From positions 1 through 64,000 of the IMG/VR virus record IMGVR_UViG_3300028581_003594: DNA of 64,000 nucleotides. One strand, written 5' to 3'. Source of the DNA: a virus. A model generated the notes under the pieces. The model ran no database searches. It saw only the letters and a list, made by a program, of their open reading frames with translations, and was not told where the DNA came from. How positions within the stretch are numbered: the first letter of the stretch is position 1; the number at the start of each line of letters is the position of its first letter. Made by a program: the position numbers and the translations under genes. Positions 45,403 to 53,749 of the stretch are shown piece by piece.

Positions 45403-46236
45403 TTATCTTATTTTTGAGCTGTACACGGACAGCCAATGTTTAAATTTTTCTCCTGTGAAGGGTCTAGCGATAGAGCCCAATACAAAACAAGCACCCTCTC
45501 CCACTATTCTGACCATTTTACCTAGAAGGTCACTGTTGGTTCTTGCTCCTGTTTGATATGCGATCTCATTGGCCCTTGCCTGGGCAATGATTCTGATTGC
45601 TTTGATGAAAAGAGAATTGGTCTTATGTTTATAATTTTTTTCCATATATTGCACCAGTGGACAAGCCCATAACCAATAACCTATTTTGGTATTATCACTC
45701 AAATATTGTACACTGAATTGGGTGTCAATTGCAAGATCTTTTGCAGTGAATAACCCATTGTTCCTCAGCCAAGTGCATATGACTCTGCCATTGGTGTAGT
45801 CCAGTGCTTCCAACATCTCCACAGTTTTTACCACTGCGGCACTTTTATCGTTGTTTCTCAAAGCATCTAGGATGTCTCTGACATATCTGTCATAGTAGCC
45901 TCGCCATATGATCCTGTCATTCTTGTGTACGCCTCTGATCTGTGTCACTGTTTTTTCTGATTGCACATAATATTGCACCATTTTATCTTCGTTGATATAT
46001 TCTCTGAATGCCCGTAGCAGCACGAAGTCCGCCTGTGCCGCTGCATTGTGCTCATCGGGTGTGAATGGTGTTGTCTTTGTTCTGGTTGGTAGATGATATG
46101 CCAGGATGGAATTATAAAATATACAATTGTCTTCACGACTCAACAGCGTGGTGACACAGTGCTCTTCGTCCCCGTGCTCTTGACACTGGGCGCAGGCCTG
46201 TCTATTGTGTAGGTATTCTTCAACTGATATTCCCAT
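45403..46236 (-). CDS. Protein with a CFI-box-CTERM-like helical domain plus an ICT-motif domain
   Basis: LLRAFRE..VQYY..IWRGYY segment, then GRVICTWL..GL..D..GYWLWACPLVQYM, paralogous to the C-terminus of ORF 46236-47690. Confidence 0.6.
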   Translation of the reverse strand: MGISVEEYLHNRQACAQCQEHGDEEHCVTTLLSREDNCIFYNSILAYHLPTRTKTTPFTPDEHNAAAQADFVLLRAFREYINEDKMVQYYVQSEKTVTQIRGVHKNDRIIWRGYYDRYVRDILDALRNNDKSAAVVKTVEMLEALDYTNGRVICTWLRNNGLFTAKDLAIDTQFSVQYLSDNTKIGYWLWACPLVQYMEKNYKHKTNSLFIKAIRIIAQARANEIAYQTGARTNSDLLGKMVRIVGEGACFVLGSIARPFTGEKFKHWLSVYSSKIR

Positions 46237-47690
46237 TATTTCACTCCTGCTATCATGTATAATAATCCAAACATTGCCCACATGGCATAACCTATGGCTA
46301 CATTTTTAGTGGGCTGGTTGGTGTGCTTGACAAATTTTCCTATAATTCTGCTCACTGCGATTCCTATCGTCATTATGTATCTGCCCGCTCGATTGTCTTC
46401 TTTCAGCACTCCCATTTTGTAGGCCATATGCTCGGCCCATGGTGTGGCTATTCTTCGTGCCCATCTCACAGCCATGGCTTTTTGTTGAGCATTTCTTTCG
46501 GCTCTGTCTTGGATCCAGAACATGCATTGAGGACCTTCATTGCTCATCCAATCCACAACCACTCGTGCCCATTTAAGGTATCCGTAATAGGCATTGGGAT
46601 CGGTCTGTCTCAACCAGTGCCCAAACATCTCATCTGCCTGATAGATCTCGTCTGACAGATAGCCCAGTTCATGTAGTTTGGTACAAATGATTGAACATCC
46701 GCCACCACCACCGCCGCCGGCTGGTAGTCCTCCAGAGCCTGGAGTTCCTGATGAAGGATTGCCGTCGCTGTCTCCAAATCCCGCAGTTGTGGAGACAAAG
46801 TTCACTCCCGAGTTGAATATGGCCTTCCACACGCCATTGATCTTTACGTAGGCCGCTGATATGTCCTTCCAGGTTCCTGATTTTTTAAATTTGATTGCGT
46901 TGATGGTCTTCCATGCGTTGTTGACCTTGAACTTGGCCTCTACGCTGATGTCGAAAATTAAAACGGCCAATCCATTTCCCCCTGGTGATGCAGCGGATCC
47001 GCCCGTTGCGGCCCCCGCCTGGTATGATGCTCCTGTGAATGGCGATGTTCCAGTACCGTTGGAACCGGTGCCACCTGTTGGCACTAGATTGGATCCAGAA
47101 TAACCGCCAGTTCCGCCATCATCCCCTCCAGCTCCGTTGCCGCTCCTGCCACCATCCGTTCCGCCACCACCTGCTCCTGCTCCTGCTCCATCACCTGAGT
47201 GGTTGGCTCCGTTCTCTCCCAGTGTGCCTGGCACGCCCAACGTTGGATCGTTGTTGTTTATACCATCGGTTCCCACGCTGTTTTGTCCGTCACCGCCTCC
47301 ACCGCCACCGCCACCTGCCACCGCTATGTCTGTTCCATTGATCCTTATCACTGTAGCTGCTCCGCCTCCACCTCCAGCGCCAGATGATCCTGTTGGCCCT
47401 TGTGTTCCCCCGTTGCCACCTGAATATCCTGTGAGTCCTTTGCCCATGCTCTTGCCTCCGGCTCCACCTCCCACTCCCAGAGTCATGGTTGATCCTGATT
47501 CTGCTGTGAGGTCTATGGTTCCTGTGACGTAGTGTCCGCATGCTCCGGGCCTTCCGGGACCAGCGCTGTCTCCACCTCCTCCTCCTCCACCTCCGCCCCA
47601 TATGTGGAATGTCACAGAAGCCGCTCCCGCGGGAATCGTGGCCTGCTGCGTGGTGCCAGTGTATGTGAATGTTTTTGTTATCGTTGGCAT
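46236..47690 (-). CDS. Glycine-rich tail fibre/adhesin with C-terminal ICT-motif domain
   Basis: WGGGGGGG and VAGGGGGGG polyglycine repeats, K.NG.WK beta repeats, GGGGGGGCSIICTKL. Confidence 0.75.
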   Translation of the reverse strand: MPTITKTFTYTGTTQQATIPAGAASVTFHIWGGGGGGGGGDSAGPGRPGACGHYVTGTIDLTAESGSTMTLGVGGGAGGKSMGKGLTGYSGGNGGTQGPTGSSGAGGGGGAATVIRINGTDIAVAGGGGGGGGDGQNSVGTDGINNNDPTLGVPGTLGENGANHSGDGAGAGAGGGGTDGGRSGNGAGGDDGGTGGYSGSNLVPTGGTGSNGTGTSPFTGASYQAGAATGGSAASPGGNGLAVLIFDISVEAKFKVNNAWKTINAIKFKKSGTWKDISAAYVKINGVWKAIFNSGVNFVSTTAGFGDSDGNPSSGTPGSGGLPAGGGGGGGCSIICTKLHELGYLSDEIYQADEMFGHWLRQTDPNAYYGYLKWARVVVDWMSNEGPQCMFWIQDRAERNAQQKAMAVRWARRIATPWAEHMAYKMGVLKEDNRAGRYIMTIGIAVSRIIGKFVKHTNQPTKNVAIGYAMWAMFGLLYMIAGVK

Positions 47691-47694
47691 GGGA

Positions 47695-49197
47695 TTAAAC
47701 CTCCCTTACAAACCAGAGATCCCCGTCTGAGCCTTGCACCGAAGTGGGCGCCACTGTCTCGACGTATCTGTTGCCTGCCACGGTATTGCCCGTGACCCCT
47801 GCATCGGCGGTTATTACGCTGCCTCCCCATCTCTTGATGGATTCCGCCACCGCTCCCGTGGTCGGAACATTAAGATTTCCAGTGTCCGTCGCTGCCACTA
47901 CTCCAACCGCCGCCAGCGTCAGCGTGCTTACTTTCACGTTACCGGCTGCAGTGGTCTTTAAAACTTTTTGCTTGTTGGCGTCGCCGTCGACGACCGCGTC
48001 CTCGGATCTTATTATCTGTGAATAGGTTCCGCTCTCGCTCTTGCCTGCCACCCAGAAGCCATCACCAGCGCTGTAATAAAGTTTGGCTTCTCTGGCCGAA
48101 TCTCTGTCGATCTTGATTCCGGAATCAACGTTCGTTTCGTTGCCGTTGTTCAGTTGCAGGAACACGTCATTCATCAACACGTTGGTTGTGGACAGGGTGT
48201 CGTATTCTCCCGTGACTGAGAGATTTCCAGTGATCTTGACGTTGCCTGTTATCTCCAGTGGCACTGTGGGTGCCGTGGTGAATATGCCGACCCTGCTGTT
48301 GTCGCCATCTATGGTGATGGCCTCAACGATGTTTCCGCTGTTGTTGATCTTGAATGCTATGTTCTTGTCCTCAGATGCGTTGGCGATTATGAGGTTGTTA
48401 GAACTGACCGTGATCTCTCCCTCTTGAGACTCTCCCACCACGATGCCTGCGTTGTCATCTATGGTTATGCCGCCCTGTGTGGTCTGGGCGATGTCCTTCC
48501 TCATGAAATTTTTTCCAGCTATGTTCAATCCATTGTCTGCTATTGATGTGTCTGTGTTCAGTTGGTTGGCCGAAGTGGTTGATCCGTTGAATGCAGCTCC
48601 GATGCTGGAATTCAATGTGATACCGGTGTAAATCTGTGCGAAGCCGTTGGTCAGCAGCGGAGTGCTGGCCGGTGATCCCGCGGATGGTGTGAATGTGGAT
48701 GAGCTCAATACCGCCACCCTGATGGTGCCGTTGAACATGGAGGCTATGACCTTGTCGCCAGTGGCACTGCCTACTGTTTCAATTTTAAATCCTGATAGTT
48801 GCTGTCCCTCTGTGTAGACCGGTCCGGCCAGTTGCCATGCGGATCCCGTCCAGAAATACAACTGCTTGTCATCGCTGTCCACCCATAGGTCGCCCGCGGA
48901 TGGAGATGCGGGAGCGGTGGCCTGTGATTTGGCTCCGCCTGTGGGTTTGAAGTTCGCCCCGTCGTAAACTTTGAGCTGATTGATGTTTGTGTCAAACCAG
49001 ATCTCACCTCTCAATGGTGCTGCTGGACTTGCTGTAGATGCGGAATTTTCTAATAACTTGACTAAATTTTCATTCAAAAGCTCACCAAAGCCCGAATAGC
49101 TCTTGCCGAACAGCGTCAACGAAGTGGTGTTGTTAATTGTGCCGTCTGTGATAGTGGCAAGCACCGTGCCGTCAGTTTTGTTTACAATGTAAGCCAT
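47695..49197 (-). CDS. Tail fibre/baseplate-anchored protein
   Basis: Same N-terminal family (AYIVNKTDG..GKSYSGFGE), GDLW motifs, GIFTTAP repeat. Confidence 0.75.
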   Translation of the reverse strand: MAYIVNKTDGTVLATITDGTINNTTSLTLFGKSYSGFGELLNENLVKLLENSASTASPAAPLRGEIWFDTNINQLKVYDGANFKPTGGAKSQATAPASPSAGDLWVDSDDKQLYFWTGSAWQLAGPVYTEGQQLSGFKIETVGSATGDKVIASMFNGTIRVAVLSSSTFTPSAGSPASTPLLTNGFAQIYTGITLNSSIGAAFNGSTTSANQLNTDTSIADNGLNIAGKNFMRKDIAQTTQGGITIDDNAGIVVGESQEGEITVSSNNLIIANASEDKNIAFKINNSGNIVEAITIDGDNSRVGIFTTAPTVPLEITGNVKITGNLSVTGEYDTLSTTNVLMNDVFLQLNNGNETNVDSGIKIDRDSAREAKLYYSAGDGFWVAGKSESGTYSQIIRSEDAVVDGDANKQKVLKTTAAGNVKVSTLTLAAVGVVAATDTGNLNVPTTGAVAESIKRWGGSVITADAGVTGNTVAGNRYVETVAPTSVQGSDGDLWFVREV

Positions 49198-49201
49198 ACC
49201 G

Positions 49202-49207
49202 TATTTA
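49202..49207 (-). promoter_or_regulatory. Late promoter-like TAAATA
   Basis: Minus strand ATAAATA, 4 nt before ATG 49197. Confidence 0.55.
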
Positions 49208-49342
49208 TTGTCTTTGTTTAGTTTGGGTCTTTTAGTTTATACGAGCATATTAGTGCGATCGTGCTGATACCTAGGATAAATACGCATAATGAGCAATAAC
49301 TCCGCAAAAATACAGCGTAGCATTACAAACAGGAAATAGACA

Positions 49343-50152
49343 ATGAACGAGTCATATGTGCTGGGGAGAAATAAAACAGTATTCGAAACTGCAGAATTTC
49401 CTCAAATAACTGCGGATGAGAAAATAGGAATAATATTTGACGGGGATATAGAGTCCTCACTGCTTGCTATCATTGCTAAAAGATTATATGGCGCGGACCG
49501 TGTGGTGTTTATCAACGATCAAGCAATGGGTTATGACGGGAAAATATATAAAGAAAGGAAAGATCTACATCGTCTAAACATTATCAACTCAACCATCGAA
49601 GAAGCAATAAAAAGACTCGATGGCACACAAATATTGAATGTTGAAACAGAAATCTACATGGCAAACAGAAACGCTACCGATGCATTGGCAAAATTATTAG
49701 TAAAAAAATATAATAACAAATTAAGATTTGTTTTGTCTGGATGGAACAAGATACACGAGCAGAGCATATCCATGCTGAAATCCAGTGGTTGGACTCGTGG
49801 TATAATTACCAATGGACAACTGAAACCATGGTTAGCAAAAAATGCTGCACATTATCCTGAATTGCACAAGTACGTTTTTGAACAAGACGGTAGAATATTT
49901 GGCGTGAACAAAAATGTTGCCTTTGAGCAGTACGAGGCAGATTTCAATCTCTGCGTGAGGCCTTTTAGGAACCTCACCACATCAGATGTGATAGACCTAT
50001 ATGATCAACTGGGTGCCGTGGCCCAACTCTATCAGTCCAGCAGTTGTAAGATCGATCTTGGCAACTGTGGAACCTGTGATAATTGCCACCAAAGAAAATT
50101 AGCATTTAAAAATAGCATGGTTGTAGATCTCACGAAATATACTTTGAATTAA
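49343..50152 (+). CDS. Degenerate QueC-like (PP-loop family) zinc-binding protein
   Basis: C-terminal RPF..SSC..CGTCDNCHQRKLAF..DLTKY matches the QueC zinc site; the PP-loop SGGxDS reads DGDIES. Confidence 0.6.
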   Translation: MNESYVLGRNKTVFETAEFPQITADEKIGIIFDGDIESSLLAIIAKRLYGADRVVFINDQAMGYDGKIYKERKDLHRLNIINSTIEEAIKRLDGTQILNVETEIYMANRNATDALAKLLVKKYNNKLRFVLSGWNKIHEQSISMLKSSGWTRGIITNGQLKPWLAKNAAHYPELHKYVFEQDGRIFGVNKNVAFEQYEADFNLCVRPFRNLTTSDVIDLYDQLGAVAQLYQSSSCKIDLGNCGTCDNCHQRKLAFKNSMVVDLTKYTLN

Positions 50153-50177
50153 AGATTAATCACTGTATAATCCATAC

Positions 50178-50759
50178 ATGTATCAAATAAAAGAATACCA
50201 AAGAAATATGGATCTTTCTTTTTTTTACGATTTGTGTTTAAAAAAGGGATTTATGAACAACTCTTCTCCCTTGCGTTTGATAGATACGTTCAAACAACAA
50301 AAATTTTATAAATTATGGATTTTATTTTATAACAATTTGCCTGTTGGCACCACTGCAGCGCACGACTTTGATGATGTCATGGGAGAAAATAGTTATAGAA
50401 TCTGTGTGAGGACCTGCTTGTTGAGCGAGATGCTTCCTATCAAACACGTGAGAACCAAAGATGGCATCGTCAATCATCAAAACATTGTTTCACAAATTTT
50501 TATTCCTGTGACACTGAGCGCATTGCCCAATGACAGTAAATGCTACATAACATCTTCAGACAAGGATGAAGCCAGCATGAAAAAAGTAAATGGTATATGG
50601 ACCAAGCTGTTATCAAGACAGGGAGTGTTAGAAAAAGTCAAAGATGTATTTTATAGAGGAACCACCCAGACTGTGTGGCTTTTGAACAATCAGCAATTTT
50701 TTAAACAGCTGGACCAAAGTCCCCGATGGGAGTACAGTCTGGAACAAGGCATTCTCTAG
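50178..50759 (+). CDS. Hypothetical protein, possibly GNAT-fold
   Basis: LWILFYNNLPVGTTAAH..YRICVRTC pattern; sigma70-like TTGAAT-16 nt-TATAAT at 50144-50171. Confidence 0.5.
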   Translation: MYQIKEYQRNMDLSFFYDLCLKKGFMNNSSPLRLIDTFKQQKFYKLWILFYNNLPVGTTAAHDFDDVMGENSYRICVRTCLLSEMLPIKHVRTKDGIVNHQNIVSQIFIPVTLSALPNDSKCYITSSDKDEASMKKVNGIWTKLLSRQGVLEKVKDVFYRGTTQTVWLLNNQQFFKQLDQSPRWEYSLEQGIL

Positions 50760-50772
50760 GTTAATTAATTTA

Positions 50773-51756
50773 CTATTGCTTGTATGCTTGCAGCGTATAG
50801 ACGTTGATGGGTTGCGGAGATCCATCAGGAAATTCCTGGGCTCTATAATCGTCTCCCCCAATTTGTTGTGTTTGATAATTGCCTGAACCATCCAACCTGC
50901 TATCGGTCATGGCAGATCCGGCCACAGTAAACCCCACTGTGCCTGAACCATTTGTTCCATACTCGTAACGTATTCTATATCCGTCTTCGCTCTGAACCAT
51001 ATATCTAATGGCTGCTCCTATAGCGGTGTCTATGGCCACACTGGTCATGGCAACCACGTTGCCATCGGTATTAACTCTGACCATTGCAGGTAATGCAGGC
51101 AGAGCAGGAATATCTTTTTTAAAAAGATAATAATTCTGTGTGTCGATGGGTTGGTCCTGCAACTCGGGTATGTCTGCTGCACCATACGCTGCCACATCGG
51201 CTCTGGTGTCTGTGAATACAGGTACTATGGTGCTGCCATCTGGCCCTGGCACTGCTGTGTAATCTGTCAAAGAAGTGGTTGTGTGTATTTTGTATATCAG
51301 TGCGTTTATCAGCGACGGGTATATCGTGGAACCATCCGCGGCTGTCCACCCTCCGTCGAAAACATCTATAGCGAAAGTATCATACATGTCCTGTAGATTC
51401 ATCGCCCTAACATCACCAGCTAACGTGAAGTAGGCAGGATATTGCGTGGGCGTGGTGGCCGGGTTTGGATCTGCTGCTATGGTCTGCTGTATTCTGGCAA
51501 TGGCCACGTTCACCACGCTGGGTTCGGCTGTGGTTGCTTCATCCGGAAAACTTGATACCGATGTGCTGGCTGCTCCTGCCTGCAGTCTGGTGTCTGTTAT
51601 ACTGCCCAAGTTGCCGCCCGAGTTGACCACGGTCAGTGTCACTGAAGGATTGGACACGTATGACCAAAACATTCTTGCTTTGATCTGAGCTATTTGATCA
51701 TCGGTCATCTCTCTTAGATTTCCGCTGTCATAATATAAAGGTCTACGTTCTGGCAT
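50773..51756 (-). CDS. Virion structural protein
   Basis: 327 aa with repeated G(N/D)(L/V)RxM and DTR/DSR motifs, in the tail gene run; promoter TTGACA-17 nt-TATAAT at 51804-51776. Confidence 0.65.
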   Translation of the reverse strand: MPERRPLYYDSGNLREMTDDQIAQIKARMFWSYVSNPSVTLTVVNSGGNLGSITDTRLQAGAASTSVSSFPDEATTAEPSVVNVAIARIQQTIAADPNPATTPTQYPAYFTLAGDVRAMNLQDMYDTFAIDVFDGGWTAADGSTIYPSLINALIYKIHTTTSLTDYTAVPGPDGSTIVPVFTDTRADVAAYGAADIPELQDQPIDTQNYYLFKKDIPALPALPAMVRVNTDGNVVAMTSVAIDTAIGAAIRYMVQSEDGYRIRYEYGTNGSGTVGFTVAGSAMTDSRLDGSGNYQTQQIGGDDYRAQEFPDGSPQPINVYTLQAYKQ

Positions 51757-51829
51757 TTTACAGTCTCTCTATGTTATTATAGATGTATTTGGTATTGCTG
51801 TCAATTAATACAATATTTTCCATACAGTA

Positions 51830-53071
51830 TTAAGCACCGGCACCGTAGATGGTTTTCAAAACCGCGCCTGTGGAATCTAATATTTGCAGGGTCACCACAC
51901 TTGCCAGCATTGACCCAGTGACAGTGCCCGTGTCCCCGGTGGTTATGACCGTGCCCGACCTATTTGGTAAAGTGATTGTCCTGTCCGCTGTGGGATCTGC
52001 CACTGCGATCGTGGTCTCGAAATTGTCATCCGTGGCGCCCTCGAACACCAAGGTTCCCCCCGCCACAACAGTGACAGCCGATGAGTGTAGTGGACCTATG
52101 AATTCTGTGCCGGCCGTGATGGTTGTTGCTGTGACTGCAGTGGCGTTGACCGTGCCCACGACATCCAATTTGGTTGTGGGCGAGCTGGTGCCTATGCCGA
52201 TCCTGGCAGTGGATCCGTCCATGCTCATCACCGTGGTGATGGTTCCGCCGTCGTTGATCCTGAATATTATGTCCTGGTCCACTGTGTTGTTCTGCATATG
52301 GACTCCCACGTTGTCCAGCAGTATCCTGAAATCGCTGTCCGCGCCTATGGTCAATCCAACATCATTGGTGATGCCCAACGACCTTGTGGTGGTGCTGGTG
52401 CCACTTCCGTCTATGCGCAGGTATGATCCGGCTGGCTGGTTGTCCAGCTGGTCGGAGTTGGTGGCAGTGCCCGCGAACCTGTTTCCCGCTATGGCAGTGG
52501 ACAGGGTTATGCCCTTGTTTATGGTGGCGAATCCCGATATCGCGACCTTGGGAGTGAACGTGACGTCACTGAGTATGGCCACTTGCACGTCATTGTTGTA
52601 GATCCTGGAGATGTTCCTGTCCACGTCCGTGCTGTCGGATATGGTGCTGAAGAAGAAACCATTCAGCGTGCCCGAAGAGGCAGGTGGACCAACCAGCACG
52701 TTTGTCGTGCCGTTGTTGAAATACAATTGCTGGGTGTCGCTGTCAATGAAGAGGTCACCTGCGTTAAGTCCCGCTGGCGCCACTGAAGAATATGTTGCTC
52801 CGCCCACTGGCTGGAAAGAAGAGCCCGTGTAAACCTTGACCTTGGATGTTGCCTCGTCATACCAGAGCTGGCCCTTGATGGGCTTACCTGGTGAGGTCGT
52901 GTTGGAAAAATTCTCCAGCAGGTGCAGGAAATTCTCTGCAATTACTTCTCCGTAGCCGGCGTAGCCCTTGCCCACGAATGACAAGTCGGTCTGTGTGTTA
53001 AGAATTGAATCTTGTACGATGAACTGGTTCGGTGATGCTGCGGAATTAGTTTTATTGACAGTGTATGGCAT
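51830..53071 (-). CDS. Tail fibre/baseplate-anchored protein
   Basis: Third member of the YxxNKT..GK.YAG.GE family; FEGATDDNFETT..DPTADRTITLP fibre motif. Confidence 0.75.
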   Translation of the reverse strand: MPYTVNKTNSAASPNQFIVQDSILNTQTDLSFVGKGYAGYGEVIAENFLHLLENFSNTTSPGKPIKGQLWYDEATSKVKVYTGSSFQPVGGATYSSVAPAGLNAGDLFIDSDTQQLYFNNGTTNVLVGPPASSGTLNGFFFSTISDSTDVDRNISRIYNNDVQVAILSDVTFTPKVAISGFATINKGITLSTAIAGNRFAGTATNSDQLDNQPAGSYLRIDGSGTSTTTRSLGITNDVGLTIGADSDFRILLDNVGVHMQNNTVDQDIIFRINDGGTITTVMSMDGSTARIGIGTSSPTTKLDVVGTVNATAVTATTITAGTEFIGPLHSSAVTVVAGGTLVFEGATDDNFETTIAVADPTADRTITLPNRSGTVITTGDTGTVTGSMLASVVTLQILDSTGAVLKTIYGAGA

Positions 53072-53076
53072 TTATA

Positions 53077-53739
53077 TTATTCCGTAAATGTTGTTAATGA
53101 TTGTATCCTCAATGTGTAATCAATCTGTATAAGTCTGTTCAAACTTTTTTGTACGGGATGGAATATCACGTGTGTTAATAGTTTATTGCTGTCACCATTT
53201 TCTGTGCCTTCCCACGATACCAATCCTAGTTCATCAAATACATAATCATCATTGAAATTGGTTGTGTTGTCAAAAGCCTCTTGTTCTGTGGGTTCACCGT
53301 AGTCCAGCGTGCAGGTGGCCACTATGTCGGTGTACTTGTTGCCCGCGGTGTGGCGGATCTCCATCTTGTTACGGGTGGTGTCCTTGTTGGTGGCAGAGTT
53401 ATCATCAATGACTTTGTAATAGGTCTGATTGTATAAAGAGGCGTTGGTGCCCGTGGTGTTGGGTGTGAGGTATGTGATAATTCCCGTGGGGTCCACCGCG
53501 GTGCCTCCATTGCCAAATGCCATCTCGTGTATGAATCCTGTGCTCTTGTTGGCCAGGCTGTTGGCCAGCGCTATGCTGATGTTCTCGTAATGTATTGCGT
53601 TCCTCTTGTCAACTATGACCTCACCGCTCACGGGATCCCATATCTTGATGTGGCCCTCCATCTTTATGCCACTCTTGTCCTGTGGTTTGGCGCTGTTCTC
53701 TTGGGGCTGATTATCTTTGTTATCTTGTTGCTCTGTCAT
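53077..53739 (-). CDS. Baseplate/tail structural protein
   Basis: MAFGNGG, YVFDELGL and THVIFHPVQKSLNR; likely start ATG 53739, 7 nt after TAAATA (53752-53747). Confidence 0.7.
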   Translation of the reverse strand: MTEQQDNKDNQPQENSAKPQDKSGIKMEGHIKIWDPVSGEVIVDKRNAIHYENISIALANSLANKSTGFIHEMAFGNGGTAVDPTGIITYLTPNTTGTNASLYNQTYYKVIDDNSATNKDTTRNKMEIRHTAGNKYTDIVATCTLDYGEPTEQEAFDNTTNFNDDYVFDELGLVSWEGTENGDSNKLLTHVIFHPVQKSLNRLIQIDYTLRIQSLTTFTE

Positions 53740-53749
53740 GGTGTTGTAT

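Noticed and set aside
46690-47600. CCA/CCG/CCT-rich repeats as a tandem repeat, CRISPR array or DGR target
   Set aside because: Explained by polyglycine codons. There are no regularly spaced identical repeats, no reverse transcriptase and no adenine-variant repeat pair.
49289-49342. In-frame TAG upstream of the QueC-like gene suggesting stop-codon reassignment or readthrough
   Set aside because: Long genes are intact in the standard code and TAG ends genes at normal boundaries (2745, 18722, 24223). A single 16-codon upstream ORF is not enough evidence.
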